Of a stretch of 64,000 nucleotides of DNA, positions 1-10,680 are shown piece by piece. Each line of letters begins with the position of its first letter. Position 1 is the first letter of the stretch. The stretch comes from Gammaproteobacteria bacterium (lineage in GTDB: Bacteria > Pseudomonadota > Gammaproteobacteria > Eutrophobiales > Eutrophobiaceae): contig CBDEUK010000002.1 of NCBI GenBank assembly GCA_965243205.1, forward strand, positions 1,088,001 to 1,152,000, in the 5' to 3' direction. The notes under the pieces were generated by a model, which was given only the letters and a program-made list of their open reading frames with translations, made no database searches and was not told the DNA's origin. The translations under genes and the position numbers were made by a program.

Positions 1-1002
1 AATTTCAGCGATTTGAACACTATTTAATGCCGCACCTTTGCGCACGTTATCAGAAACAACCCATAAATTGATTCCACGAGGGTGAGATATGTCTTCTCGG
101 ATACGTCCGACAAAGACGGGATCAGTACCTGCTGACTCAGTTACCGCTGTTGGATAGCCACCATCTTCATGCTGATCAATAACCTCAATACCAGGGGCAT
201 TTTCAAGCAATTCACGGGCTTGTTCGGCAGTAAGCTTGTTTTTGGTCTCAATATGTACAGCTTCTGAGTGTCCAAAAAATACTGGTACACGAACGGCGGT
301 AGGATTCACTAGAATCGAATCGTCTTCCATAATTTTCTGAGTTTCCCACACCATTTTCATTTCTTCTTTGGTATAACCGTTATCTTGAAATGCATCGATA
401 TGAGGAAGCGCGTTAAAGGCGATTTGCTTTGGATATACCGCCGCTTTGTATTCTTTGCCATTCATTAAAGCCGCAGTTTGCCCAGCTAGCTCTTCAATCG
501 CCTCTTTACCCGTGCCTGATACCGCTTGATAGGTACAAACATTTAATCGTTCTATCGTCGCTGCATCATGTAACGGTTTTAAAGCCACAAGCATCTGTAT
601 AGTTGAACAATTTGGGTTTGCTATGATGCCTCGGTTTTTATGATTAGCGATTGCATGAGGATTCACTTCAGGTACAACTAATGGAATATCATCGTCATAA
701 CGAAACTGTGATGTGTTATCCACGACCACACATCCAGCTTCAGCAGCACGAGGCGCGTGAATTTTAGAAACCGAAGCACCTGGAGAAAATAAACCAATAT
801 CCACCCCAGTAAAGTCATAGCTTTCTAAATCTTGAACCATGAGTTCTTCACCTTTGAAAGGAATTTTTGTTCCAGCTGAACGGCTACTAGCCAAAGGCAC
901 GACTTCTGAAGCAGGAAAGTTTCGTTCTTCTAATATGGACAACATGGTTTCACCCACAGCCCCGGTCGCCCCTACCACTGCCACTTTATATTCTTTACTC
1001 AT
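1..1002 (-). CDS. asd: Aspartate-semialdehyde dehydrogenase (3' end runs off the window)
   Basis: Not in the ORF track. Manual translation from ATG at 1002 gives MSKEYKVAVVGATGAVG..., with the catalytic ANPNCSTIQM motif and C-terminal LWVVSDNVRKGAALNSVQIAEI. Lies directly downstream of leuB. Confidence 0.96.
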   Translation of the reverse strand, partial: MSKEYKVAVVGATGAVGETMLSILEERNFPASEVVPLASSRSAGTKIPFKGEELMVQDLESYDFTGVDIGLFSPGASVSKIHAPRAAEAGCVVVDNTSQFRYDDDIPLVVPEVNPHAIANHKNRGIIANPNCSTIQMLVALKPLHDAATIERLNVCTYQAVSGTGKEAIEELAGQTAALMNGKEYKAAVYPKQIAFNALPHIDAFQDNGYTKEEMKMVWETQKIMEDDSILVNPTAVRVPVFFGHSEAVHIETKNKLTAEQARELLENAPGIEVIDQHEDGGYPTAVTESAGTDPVFVGRIREDISHPRGINLWVVSDNVRKGAALNSVQIAEI

Positions 1003-1028
1003 TCTTCAAATACCTACTAAATTTTTAT

Positions 1029-2105
1029 TTATTGTAGTTCTGCAACAACGGCATCACCCATTTCTGAAGTACTAACTTTCGTCATACCATCAGAATAGAT
1101 GTCAGCTGTTCGAATTCCTTTAGCTAATACCGTTTTAACGGCATTATCGATTTTATCTGCCATTGCAGATTCACTTAATGAATAACGTAACATCATAGAA
1201 GCCGATAAAATCGTCGCCAAAGGATTCGCAATATTCTGTCCTGCAATATCAGGTGCTGAACCATGAATCGGTTCATACATGCCTGCTCCAGTTTCATTCA
1301 AAGAAGCTGAAGGTAATAAACCAATAGAGCCTGTTAACATGGAAGCCGTATCAGACAGAATATCTCCAAACATGTTACCCGTAACAATGACATCAAATTG
1401 TTTTGGGTTACGTACTAACTGCATCGAGGCGTTATCAACATACATATGTTCTAATGTAACCTCTGGATAATCCTTCGCAACGTCTGACACGATTTCACGC
1501 CATAATTCCATGACCTCCATCACATTGGCCTTATCAACGGAACATACCTTCTTGTTACGCTCCATTGCGATCTCAAAACTCATATTAGCAATGCGTCGAA
1601 TCTCAGATTCGGTATAGGTTAAGCTGTTATAACCTTCACGTTCACCATTTTCCAAAGTACGAATGCCACGAGGTTGTCCAAAATAGATACCGCCGGTTAA
1701 TTCACGCACAATCATAATATCCATATTTTCAACCAGCTCGAATTTTAGACTGGAAGCATCGGCTAATTCAGGATAAACAATAGCAGGACGTAAATTACCA
1801 AATAAGCCCAATTCTGAACGTAATGCCAAAAGCCCTCGTTCCGGCCGTAAATCTCGTTCAATTTGTTCCCACTTAGGACCGCCGATCGCACCAAACAAAA
1901 TTGCATCCGCGGCTTTAGCTTTTTCTAATGTTTCTTCTGGTAATGGTTTTCCAACCGCATCATAAGCTGCACCACCTACCAATGCTTCTTCCATCTGGAT
2001 ATCTAATCCATGTTTTTGTTGTAAGACTTCAAGAACCTTCACAGCCTCAACGGTAATTTCTATGCCGATGCCGTCACCAGGCAATACCAAAATCTGTTTT
2101 GTCAC
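1029..2105 (-). CDS. leuB: 3-isopropylmalate dehydrogenase
   Basis: [32 protein letters not shown] and [12 protein letters not shown] motifs. Confidence 0.97.
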   Translation of the reverse strand: MTKQILVLPGDGIGIEITVEAVKVLEVLQQKHGLDIQMEEALVGGAAYDAVGKPLPEETLEKAKAADAILFGAIGGPKWEQIERDLRPERGLLALRSELGLFGNLRPAIVYPELADASSLKFELVENMDIMIVRELTGGIYFGQPRGIRTLENGEREGYNSLTYTESEIRRIANMSFEIAMERNKKVCSVDKANVMEVMELWREIVSDVAKDYPEVTLEHMYVDNASMQLVRNPKQFDVIVTGNMFGDILSDTASMLTGSIGLLPSASLNETGAGMYEPIHGSAPDIAGQNIANPLATILSASMMLRYSLSESAMADKIDNAVKTVLAKGIRTADIYSDGMTKVSTSEMGDAVVAELQ

Positions 2106-2198
2106 AGTTAATTCCTAATAAATAGTATGATTAATATGAATGTATTCGGGCCAAAATGTTGCGACCGCAAAAAAGCGCTAAAGCATACCTTAATTTTA

Positions 2199-3083
2199 CT
2201 AATTTCGGGAATGCTTAATTGTTGATCTGGCCGATAACCAAGCAGCCAATAAAACTAATATTCCACCAATCCACTCTCGACCTGTCATAACTTCATTACT
2301 CAGAATAGCTGCTGACACAGCACCAGCAGGTACTTCAAATAAAAATAAGGTCGCCGATTGATGCAACGGTAAATGCGTCACCCCATATTGCGCACAATAC
2401 GTCATTAATAACATCCCCAAAATACCCACTAATGCGCCAATTAACCATGCTGACGGTTCTGGATGTGGAATCGGATTATGCATTATCAATAAGCCGATAA
2501 TTGATAATGCTATAACGCCTAGAAATGCTGCTGACATTTTATGTGCGATAGGAATATCACCAATTTTTCTGACTAACACATTCGTTAGAGCAAAACCAAA
2601 ACCAGATGTAATCGCTAACCAATCTGCTTTGCTAAATACAAAATCAAATTCTTCTGTCCATAACAAAATGATTGCGCCTATGAACGCTAAACTTAGATGC
2701 AAAAAAGCTGAACGGCTAATCGGTTCATGAAAAAATAATCGACTTAGTAGAATTGTCCATACTGGCGATAGATAAAATAATAATAAGACTCGAACAACAG
2801 TTCCTTCTAGCATTGCCAATATAAAAGCCAAATTTGTCCAACCCGCCGCTAAAGCTAAACACAGTAATAATCCATGTTGTTTCGGAATAGTAGTTCGTTT
2901 GAATAAGATATAACTAATTACAAAGACACTTGCAGGGACATAAATTGCCAATGTAGCCCATAGCCCTGGCAACCCTTGTGCCTCCATAATTCGTAATGGA
3001 TACCATAATAATCCCCATAGAATGGCAGCATACAAACAGGCTGAAACTGCTAAGATGGACTGAGTATTATTATTGGAATTCAT
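2199..3083 (-). CDS. DMT/EamA-family transporter
   Basis: 294 aa with about 10 hydrophobic helices in two repeats; LLFYLSPVW...FFHEPI and FLFEVP...LSNE patterns. Confidence 0.85.
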   Translation of the reverse strand: MNSNNNTQSILAVSACLYAAILWGLLWYPLRIMEAQGLPGLWATLAIYVPASVFVISYILFKRTTIPKQHGLLLCLALAAGWTNLAFILAMLEGTVVRVLLLFYLSPVWTILLSRLFFHEPISRSAFLHLSLAFIGAIILLWTEEFDFVFSKADWLAITSGFGFALTNVLVRKIGDIPIAHKMSAAFLGVIALSIIGLLIMHNPIPHPEPSAWLIGALVGILGMLLMTYCAQYGVTHLPLHQSATLFLFEVPAGAVSAAILSNEVMTGREWIGGILVLLAAWLSARSTIKHSRN

Positions 3084-3163
3084 TTTGGTTGCTGAATAAG
3101 TTCTCTTATAATCGACAGCCTTTTAACCTAAGACGCCATAAAAGTACACGTAAAAACTAAAAT

Positions 3164-4360
3164 ATGAACCCAGGATTAAAACAACTTCATCCATATCCGT
3201 TTGAGAAATTAGCCAAACTAACAGCAGATATAGAAAGAAACCCTAATCTTTCACCCATCAGTTTGGGAATTGGTGAGCCTAAACATGCTACACCGTCTTT
3301 TATCGTTAATGCCATCAAAGAGAATTTACAGACTGCGGCAAACTATCCAACGACTAAAGGCATCCCTGAACTACGTGAAGCAATTGCTTATTGGTTAAGC
3401 CAACGTTTCAATTTATTAGAATCAGCCATCGACCCGAATAAAAATGTGCTGCCTGTGAATGGCACACGCGAAGCCTTATTTGCGTTTACTCAATGTGTGG
3501 TCGACTCAAGCCAAGATTCAAAAGTATTAATGCCAAATCCGTTTTATCAAATTTACGAAGGCGCTGCATATTTGGCTGGTGCAGAACCTGTTTATTTGAA
3601 CTGTGAAGAAGACAACAACTTTCTTCCTAATTTTGACAAAGTACCGCAATCCGTTTGGCAGCAATGTCGCTTGTTGTTTGTTTGTTCTCCAGGAAATCCA
3701 ACTGGTGCGGTTATTAATCAATCGATCTATAACGATTTATTCGAACTGTCTGATCGTTATGGATTTATTATCGTTGCTGACGAATGTTATTCTGAAATTT
3801 ACTTTGATGAAAAAAAACCACCTTTAGGTTTATTAGAAGCTGCCTCAGTCTCTGGTCGTGATGATTTTAAAAACTGTATGGTATTTCATAGCTTATCCAA
3901 ACGTTCAAATGTACCAGGCATTCGCTCTGGTTTCGTGGCGGGAGATGAAACACTCATTGCTGAGTTTCTGCGCTATCGTACTTATCATGGTTGTGCCATG
4001 TCGCCTTATACTCAAATCGCCAGTGTTGCCGCTTGGCAAGACGAGGAGCATGTAAAAGATAACCGAAGACTCTACAAAGAAAAATTCACTGATGTATTAA
4101 AAATTCTGCAACCTCATTTAGAAGTTGAGCAACCTGATGCCAGCTTTTATTTGTGGCCAAAAACCTCGATATGTGACCAGGAATTTGCAAAAATCTTGTT
4201 AAAGCAAGAGAATGTCGCTGTTCTACCCGGCAGTTATTTGTCCCGAGACGTCGAAAATATCAATCCAGGTAAAAACCGAGTTCGTATGGCACTGGTTGCG
4301 GATTACAATGAATGCATTGAAGCAGCCAACCGTATCACCCGCGCCCTACAAACACTTTAA
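3164..4360 (+). CDS. dapC: Succinyldiaminopimelate transaminase
   Basis: PYPFEKL, GIGEPKH, CSPGNPTG, DECYSEIY and SLSKRSNVPG (PLP lysine) motifs; adjacent to dapD. Confidence 0.93.
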   Translation: MNPGLKQLHPYPFEKLAKLTADIERNPNLSPISLGIGEPKHATPSFIVNAIKENLQTAANYPTTKGIPELREAIAYWLSQRFNLLESAIDPNKNVLPVNGTREALFAFTQCVVDSSQDSKVLMPNPFYQIYEGAAYLAGAEPVYLNCEEDNNFLPNFDKVPQSVWQQCRLLFVCSPGNPTGAVINQSIYNDLFELSDRYGFIIVADECYSEIYFDEKKPPLGLLEAASVSGRDDFKNCMVFHSLSKRSNVPGIRSGFVAGDETLIAEFLRYRTYHGCAMSPYTQIASVAAWQDEEHVKDNRRLYKEKFTDVLKILQPHLEVEQPDASFYLWPKTSICDQEFAKILLKQENVAVLPGSYLSRDVENINPGKNRVRMALVADYNECIEAANRITRALQTL

Positions 4361-4388
4361 TTTAATGTTACAAGACTAGGAAATAATA

Positions 4389-5219
4389 ATGAGTAATTAC
4401 GAAGCGATAATTAACGAGCACTTTGAAAACCGTGCAAATATCAATAAAGGCAATGCCAGTGAAGAATTAAAAGAAGCGGTTGATAACACTATATGGGGAC
4501 TGGATTCAGGGCGTTTACGTGTTGCAGAAAAGAAAGACGGTGAATGGATTACTCACCAATGGATTAAAAAAGCGGTTTTATTATCATTCGTGCTTCGTGA
4601 TAACAGCGTAATTCAAGGTGGTATTACGAACTATTTTGATAAAGTACCTTTGAAATATTATGGCTATACCAAAAGTAACTTTTTAGATAACGGTGCACCA
4701 CGTATTGTACCTCCAGCAGTTGCACGTCAAGGTAGTTTCATTGCTAGTAACGTGGTCTGCATGCCTTCTTATGTGAACATTGGCGCTTATGTCGATTCAG
4801 GTACTATGGTTGATACATGGGTAACCGTAGGTTCATGTGCTCAGATCGGTAAAAACGTACATTTATCAGGCGGTGTCGGTATCGGTGGTGTTTTAGAACC
4901 TTTACAAGCTAACCCAACCATTATTGAAGACAACTGCTTTATAGGAGCTCGCTCTGAGGTTGTTGAAGGCGTAATTGTCGGTGAAGGTTCAGTGATTTCA
5001 ATGGGTGTATACATTGGTCAAAGCACAAAGATATACAACCGTGCAACTGGCGAAGTGACTTATGGCTATATTCCACCTGGTTCGGTTGTAGTGTCTGGTA
5101 ACCTCCCTTCAAAAGATGGTAGTCACAGCTTGTATTGTGCAGTTATCGTCAAACAGGTGGACGAGAAAACTCGAAGTAAAGTTGGAATCAATGAGTTATT
5201 AAGAGAAATAGACGAGTAA
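4389..5219 (+). CDS. dapD: Tetrahydrodipicolinate N-succinyltransferase
   Basis: [14 protein letters not shown], hexapeptide repeats, [25 protein letters not shown]. Confidence 0.97.
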   Translation: MSNYEAIINEHFENRANINKGNASEELKEAVDNTIWGLDSGRLRVAEKKDGEWITHQWIKKAVLLSFVLRDNSVIQGGITNYFDKVPLKYYGYTKSNFLDNGAPRIVPPAVARQGSFIASNVVCMPSYVNIGAYVDSGTMVDTWVTVGSCAQIGKNVHLSGGVGIGGVLEPLQANPTIIEDNCFIGARSEVVEGVIVGEGSVISMGVYIGQSTKIYNRATGEVTYGYIPPGSVVVSGNLPSKDGSHSLYCAVIVKQVDEKTRSKVGINELLREIDE

Positions 5220-5238
5220 GTCATTACTTACTTTATAT

Positions 5239-5263
5239 AAAAGGGCCTCATGGCCCTTTTTTT
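5239..5263 (+). terminator. Rho-independent terminator after dapD
   Basis: AAAAGGGCC-TCAT-GGCCCTTTTTTT. Confidence 0.85.
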
Positions 5264-5283
5264 ATATCCATACCCAACAAATC

Positions 5284-5325
5284 TAAATGAGAATTATTTG
5301 CATTTAAGAAAATAAAGGTTATACT
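5284..5325 (+). promoter_or_regulatory. Fur box overlapping a sigma70 promoter
   Basis: TAAATGAGAATTATTTGCATTTA (5284-5306) resembles gammaproteobacterial Fur boxes. It overlaps TTGCAT (5298-5303), 16 nt upstream of TATACT (5320-5325). Confidence 0.72.
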
Positions 5326-5371
5326 TCTATTTAATTATTACTGAAAACTTTATTTAGTAAGGAAATCTAAA

Positions 5372-5605
5372 ATGCAATCAGTCATGACCTCAGAACAACT
5401 CATAGCAGCTATTTTATTTTTAATGACACGCTATTCATTGAATCAAGAAGTAAGTATTGCAAAGATGATCGAAACTCATCTCTCCATGTTAATCAGCCAC
5501 CCTGAAAATCAAAGCGAACTAATGCAAGAAGTCTCCATTAAATTGCAAGAAAAATGGCAAGCGATAAGTGATTATCAAGAATTTAATTTAAAACTCGTAG
5601 GTTAG
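5372..5605 (+). CDS. Small hypothetical protein, probably Fur-regulated
   Basis: 77 aa; AAGGA RBS; helical LFLMTRY...HL...HP pattern. Confidence 0.75.
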   Translation: MQSVMTSEQLIAAILFLMTRYSLNQEVSIAKMIETHLSMLISHPENQSELMQEVSIKLQEKWQAISDYQEFNLKLVG

Positions 5606-5614
5606 GGGAACAGA

Positions 5615-5836
5615 ATGTCCGAACACAAAACATGTAAAACTGAAATTATTAGTGAATCATCCGCTTGCACCATCACACGCTGTAAATCATGTAATACCTA
5701 TCACTTACATATAGGCCCAATGAGTTTACGACTAAAAGAAGAAGTATTTAATGATTTAAGTAATACAATTTTGAATGCTCAATGGATGATCCTACAAGAT
5801 AATGAACAAAATCTAAGTCCGTCATTAGCGCATTAA
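5615..5836 (+). CDS. Small Cys/His-containing hypothetical protein
   Basis: 73 aa; GGGGA RBS; CKSCNTYHLHIG motif; 9 nt after the previous ORF. Confidence 0.75.
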   Translation: MSEHKTCKTEIISESSACTITRCKSCNTYHLHIGPMSLRLKEEVFNDLSNTILNAQWMILQDNEQNLSPSLAH

Positions 5837-5846
5837 AGGAAAATCC

Positions 5847-7256
5847 TTAACGGGTAATTCCAAACTTATCCAATTGCGCTGTAGCTGCATAATAGTTGGC
5901 AATACTCATATAATAATTTTCTAGTGCTTGAAGCTGACGAATTTCTGCATCTGCCGATTGTTGTTCACGTAGATTAATCAAAAAGAAATCGCTTTCGCCT
6001 GCTGAGTAGCGCACTTTTTCAGCTTGCTCTAGTTTTAACGCTAAACCATATTCTTCTGATGTGAGATCAATAAAAGTGACGTTGGCTTCGATTATCTCAA
6101 CTAGCTTTCTAATCTCTGCATCGATTTGATCTTTTAATAATTGTCGTTCAAAACGTAACTCACTTTGCTTTGCACGAATTTTAGAAAGCTTTCCTCTTTG
6201 TGTTCGAGTACCAATCGGAACTTCAAGACTTAACTGAAATAAAAGTTCGTTTTCATCAAGTGTACGTGATCCGTTACCGAAATCTCTTGAAGCTTTAACA
6301 CCCACATCAAGTTGAGGAAGTAAAGAATTCTCAGCTAATTTTTCAAGATTTTCTTGTTGTTTTAATTGTTGATCAATTGCAGCTAAACCTGGTTGATTGT
6401 CAGTAACCGTTGAAAAATCATAATTGACTTGAGCTATAACTGAATTATCAATTTGTGGAAATACTTCAGGTAAAACATCATTCTCAACCAATACCGGAAG
6501 ACCCGCGGAGCTACGATAATAGAGTGATAAATTCGTTGCAGCGTTCTGAAATTGTTGGATAGCATTTCTTACTAACGATTTACGAGTAAGTATATTCCGT
6601 TCGTTTTCGACCAATTGAATATCTGCTACTTCACCGAGACGATTTTTTTCTTCTAATGCAGTTTGTCTCTTTTCAGCTAATTGTAATAGCGATTGGTAAA
6701 TATGTAGTCTTTGTCCTTCACCTAACCATTTCCAATAGGCGTGCGTTGCATCAAGTAATACTCTCATCTTAGTAAGTAAGACTTTGAACTCTGCTTCTTC
6801 TAAAGATAAAACTTGATTGCGAACATTGACTCTACGAGAGTCGATATCACGATTGCGAAGAAGTGAAAACCAAAATTCTAAATTAAATTCGCCAGCAGAT
6901 TGAGTAATAAGCTCATCTTGATAGATTGGAAAAATACCATCGGAAACTCTGTAACCACCCGCAATACGCGCATTGAAAGACTCAATGGGTTTTATGACTT
7001 TTGTATCAACTTGTGCTCCATCATAAAAACCATTAGCCCAGAATAAACTTTCTTGTTTTATTTTCGAATCAAATGCGCCTTGAGCTTCTAACAACTCAGC
7101 AGCCTTAGCTGATCGTCTTGCAAGTTCTGAATTGATTCTAGGGTAGTGTTGTAAAGAACTTTGTAATACCGAATCTAACGATAAAACATCAGCTTTAACA
7201 TTACTGAAAGACAATAGGAAAATAAATATAAAAACTCGATAAAAAATTATTTTCAT
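5847..7256 (-). CDS. TolC-family outer membrane efflux protein
   Basis: Signal peptide, two OEP repeats, C-terminal GESDFFLINLRE; last gene of an ABC-HlyD-TolC operon. Confidence 0.9.
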   Translation of the reverse strand: MKIIFYRVFIFIFLLSFSNVKADVLSLDSVLQSSLQHYPRINSELARRSAKAAELLEAQGAFDSKIKQESLFWANGFYDGAQVDTKVIKPIESFNARIAGGYRVSDGIFPIYQDELITQSAGEFNLEFWFSLLRNRDIDSRRVNVRNQVLSLEEAEFKVLLTKMRVLLDATHAYWKWLGEGQRLHIYQSLLQLAEKRQTALEEKNRLGEVADIQLVENERNILTRKSLVRNAIQQFQNAATNLSLYYRSSAGLPVLVENDVLPEVFPQIDNSVIAQVNYDFSTVTDNQPGLAAIDQQLKQQENLEKLAENSLLPQLDVGVKASRDFGNGSRTLDENELLFQLSLEVPIGTRTQRGKLSKIRAKQSELRFERQLLKDQIDAEIRKLVEIIEANVTFIDLTSEEYGLALKLEQAEKVRYSAGESDFFLINLREQQSADAEIRQLQALENYYMSIANYYAATAQLDKFGITR

Positions 7257-7311
7257 AGAAACCTATAGCCTTTTGACTCGATACCTTTTACTACTCAAGT
7301 TATATAATGAT

Positions 7312-8355
7312 TTATTGTTGTTTATTTAAACCAATTGGATTAGGTGGAAATCCATTTATCTTACGCCATATTTCATAACCTAATTTTACCGTATCCAATG
7401 TTACCCATGCTCTGACTTTAGCACCAATTCTTAGAAATTTTTTATCCGGCCATTCCAAATCATTTTCATCCTGAACAATTAAAACTCTAAATCTTCCATT
7501 CGTTGAAACTGCAGGATCAACAGACTGTACTACACCTCCAAATGTACCGATTGCATGACTTGGCCAACCGCTAATTTGAATAACTGGCCAACCCTCAAAT
7601 TCCAAACGTACTTTTCTACCGGGAACAACCAATGCAGCATCCAATCCACTTACTGTAACCTCAACTGCATTTTGCACTTTTTCAGGAGCGAAGGTTACTA
7701 ATGGATCACCCTGTTTAACTAATGAAGAAGTACCAGATTGTAATAATTGGAAAATGGTACCATCTCTTGGAGCAGTTACAATTTGTGATGACTGCCTTGC
7801 AAGTTTTACATCAACTTGATTAAGTTCAGCTGCAACACTAGCCTCTTTGGATAACATTTCTTGAAATTTTATTGAAGCCTTTTCATATTTACTGCGTGAT
7901 ACCAATCCTTGTTCATATAAACTTTCCTGACGTTTGTAATCTATTTGCGCTGTTGCAGTTGCAGAACGAGCGGCGTCTAACTTTTTACTGATAGCTAATC
8001 TCTCTGCAGAAAGTCTTTCAAGTAATTGTGGATCCAAATCAATAATTTGAACGATTGGATCGCCTTTCTTTACAGCATCACCATCACTCACATACCATTC
8101 ATTAATACGACCGTCAGATAGCGCTTGAATTGATAATACTTGATCAGTTGGCTTTAAAACTGTTACTTGACCTTCCCCGTAAGCTGTTTGCACCCAAGGA
8201 GTAAAATATAATACAGCTCCTATCACTAGAATTAAAAATATGATCAAACCTAACAAACTTCTTAAAAATTTCGGAGCATTAATAGAGCGCCAAGTCGATA
8301 GTTCATTCAAGTGAGAAGGTTTAATCACTGAAGCAATTTTTTCAATATGCTTCAT
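7312..8355 (-). CDS. HlyD-family membrane fusion protein
   Basis: N-terminal TM helix, split lipoyl motifs (GRINEWYVSDGDAVKKGDP; APRDGTI), coiled coil, RLEFEGWP...SGWPS motif. Confidence 0.9.
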   Translation of the reverse strand: MKHIEKIASVIKPSHLNELSTWRSINAPKFLRSLLGLIIFLILVIGAVLYFTPWVQTAYGEGQVTVLKPTDQVLSIQALSDGRINEWYVSDGDAVKKGDPIVQIIDLDPQLLERLSAERLAISKKLDAARSATATAQIDYKRQESLYEQGLVSRSKYEKASIKFQEMLSKEASVAAELNQVDVKLARQSSQIVTAPRDGTIFQLLQSGTSSLVKQGDPLVTFAPEKVQNAVEVTVSGLDAALVVPGRKVRLEFEGWPVIQISGWPSHAIGTFGGVVQSVDPAVSTNGRFRVLIVQDENDLEWPDKKFLRIGAKVRAWVTLDTVKLGYEIWRKINGFPPNPIGLNKQQ

Positions 8356-10058
8356 ACGTCTTCTCCCTTAGCGCGTAGATCGTAAGATAATAATTGATCC
8401 ATGTTTTCGAAACGATGCGTTTGATTCGATTCTAAATAAAAATATTGATCAAAAAGATCTAAATCCAAACGATTAGATAAGTGGATTAACGTTAATCCAT
8501 TAATGTTTTTCAATTCATTTAAAATCTTAATTCGATGTTTTACTTGTAAGACATCAAATAATTGCGAAAGTATCAGGATCTTAGGCTTGGATAGAATTGC
8601 CTGAGCAATTTTCAAACGTATTACTTCATCACTTGATAGTGGATTACCATTAGGCATTAAAACTTGTTCGAGTTTTAATGGTAAGTTATCAACCACTCCT
8701 TTCAGCTCTACTTTTTCTAATACATTGATGATATCTGCATGAGTAATATCCTTATCCGATATTTTTAGATATTCAGATATTGTTCCCTCAGGTAAGAATA
8801 AATTATCGACCACTACAATATCATCACGTAAGTTCTGAATATCTAAATCATTCTTTTGTAAATCTCCATACCATATATGGCCTTTCTCAGGTTCTTGAAA
8901 ACCTAAAACCAGATCAATAAACAGTTTGGAAATAATACTTTTATCGATGGTCACTAATGAAGCAGAACCTTGAGAGAAAGTGAAATCAAAATAAAAAGAT
9001 TGGTTTCGATCATTCACAAATAACTCTTCAAACTTTAAAGAAGAATTCCAATCCTTATAAACAGTAGTGGTATTATTTTTTTCAAGTTCTAATTCAAAAA
9101 AGGCTGATAATTTCTTAAGTGCCGCGCAAATTTCATAATAAATTTCCAAATAAAAACCTAAGCGCGAAAGCCCAAAAAATATGAAAGATAGTACTAATTC
9201 AGCAGCAACTAATTGGCCTATGGTTAATTGATTTTGAATCACTAATAGACCACCCAAACCAAGCAAACCCGCACTGGCTATTGCATATAAAATAAGAAAA
9301 CCAATATTTTGAAAAATAATGTAATTGAAATGTCTACGATGAGAGTCTAGATATTGATGGTTCAATTCTTGAGATTTTTTAATCGCATAATTTAGTTTTT
9401 TTTCACCTCGGAAAAAACTATTGTTTTTAGCCAATGTTTCTAACCAACTTGCCATAGAATATTTATCAGTGGAATTTTCTAATGATGTTCTTAATGCAGC
9501 TCTATGAACTACAAGCCAAATTAGAAAAATTAATAAGGAATAACTGGCTAGAAATATCAAGAAAAATGGATGATAAAACGAGACAATTAAAAAACCTACA
9601 ACCGTCGTTTCAACTAAAGTTAAACCACCAATCAGTAATACTGGCAATCTGCCTTGAATGGTCATAATTTCAAAATAACGGTTTTGTAGTTCTTCTACGT
9701 TAAAACTTTGAATCTCTTTAGGGTTGGCATGTAATGTTCTTGCTGTAATCTCAGAACAAATCCTGGAATAAAACCGTCTTTCAAATAACTCTACGATATA
9801 GAGTTGTAAGCTAGCAAAGACGGCAGATAACAATAGTAAGCCCAACAATAAGATTGCTAGTGTAATTACCGCATTTTGACTGCCAGTATTAGTAACTGTT
9901 TCGATCAGCATCTGCACAGATAGCGGCACAGACAATGTCAATATACTTACAACAACACCATACAATAATATGATGAAGGCAAATTGCTTATCGTCAGATA
10001 ATAATAATTTTACTAACTGGAAGATTGAAAAATCACTTAACTGATTTTTCATACGCAC
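8352..10058 (-). CDS. ABC exporter (TMD-NBD fusion) with degenerate ATPase motifs
   Basis: About six TM helices with LTIGQLVAAEL. The NBD fold is recognisable, but Walker A, Walker B and the H-loop are degenerate. Start may be 10052. Confidence 0.85.
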   Translation of the reverse strand: MRMKNQLSDFSIFQLVKLLLSDDKQFAFIILLYGVVVSILTLSVPLSVQMLIETVTNTGSQNAVITLAILLLGLLLLSAVFASLQLYIVELFERRFYSRICSEITARTLHANPKEIQSFNVEELQNRYFEIMTIQGRLPVLLIGGLTLVETTVVGFLIVSFYHPFFLIFLASYSLLIFLIWLVVHRAALRTSLENSTDKYSMASWLETLAKNNSFFRGEKKLNYAIKKSQELNHQYLDSHRRHFNYIIFQNIGFLILYAIASAGLLGLGGLLVIQNQLTIGQLVAAELVLSFIFFGLSRLGFYLEIYYEICAALKKLSAFFELELEKNNTTTVYKDWNSSLKFEELFVNDRNQSFYFDFTFSQGSASLVTIDKSIISKLFIDLVLGFQEPEKGHIWYGDLQKNDLDIQNLRDDIVVVDNLFLPEGTISEYLKISDKDITHADIINVLEKVELKGVVDNLPLKLEQVLMPNGNPLSSDEVIRLKIAQAILSKPKILILSQLFDVLQVKHRIKILNELKNINGLTLIHLSNRLDLDLFDQYFYLESNQTHRFENMDQLLSYDLRAKGEDV

Positions 10059-10171
10059 AATCGCTGCAATTTTAAATGATAGATATTCATGTCTATGACA
10101 TTAACGGCAAAATCGTTACAGACTAATGATTATAAAATTAAATTTATTTAATTTGTTAATTTAAATTTAGA

Positions 10172-10675
10172 CTATTGGTAAATTTCTACCATTTTAAGTA
10201 ACTGAGGATAGTGAGGGGACTTTTCATTAATATTAAGTTCGCCATTGGTGAGTTTGGCTTCAAAATCTTCACAAGCTACAGTTTTTTCTTGTGTGTTACC
10301 TGTGATGATTTCTCGGGTAATATTCGTGCCGCGCATTTCGATGACACTTTTAATTTTTTGCTGCTCATATTGAGCAACTCCTTCACCACTGTGGTTTCTG
10401 ATTCTATTTAAATAAAAGTTTGTCCATTGATCAACTGCCTCTACATATTCCTGATTGTTCTGTTGCCATTCTTGGACTAGATTTTCTCGCCATGAATCAT
10501 CTTGTTGTAATAATGTATGGCATTCAGTTGTCGCCTTTTGAACAAATGACTGAAGCATATTGACATAGCCTGAAGCTTCATTATTCAAAGAGGTTTCTGT
10601 AAAGTCATCAGCGGATGTAAGAGTAGCAAAGAAAAGGATGAAGGCACTAAACAACTTTTTGAATATTACCTTCAT
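10172..10675 (-). CDS. Secreted hypothetical protein
   Basis: Signal peptide, helical domain with two Cys; 5 nt downstream of glmM. Confidence 0.7.
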   Translation of the reverse strand: MKVIFKKLFSAFILFFATLTSADDFTETSLNNEASGYVNMLQSFVQKATTECHTLLQQDDSWRENLVQEWQQNNQEYVEAVDQWTNFYLNRIRNHSGEGVAQYEQQKIKSVIEMRGTNITREIITGNTQEKTVACEDFEAKLTNGELNINEKSPHYPQLLKMVEIYQ

Positions 10676-10680
10676 CGTAT

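Noticed and set aside
10070-10100. Possible Fur box or operator upstream of the ABC exporter (AATGATAGATATTCATGTCTAT)
   Set aside because: Only a partial match in very AT-rich DNA; cannot be distinguished from chance.
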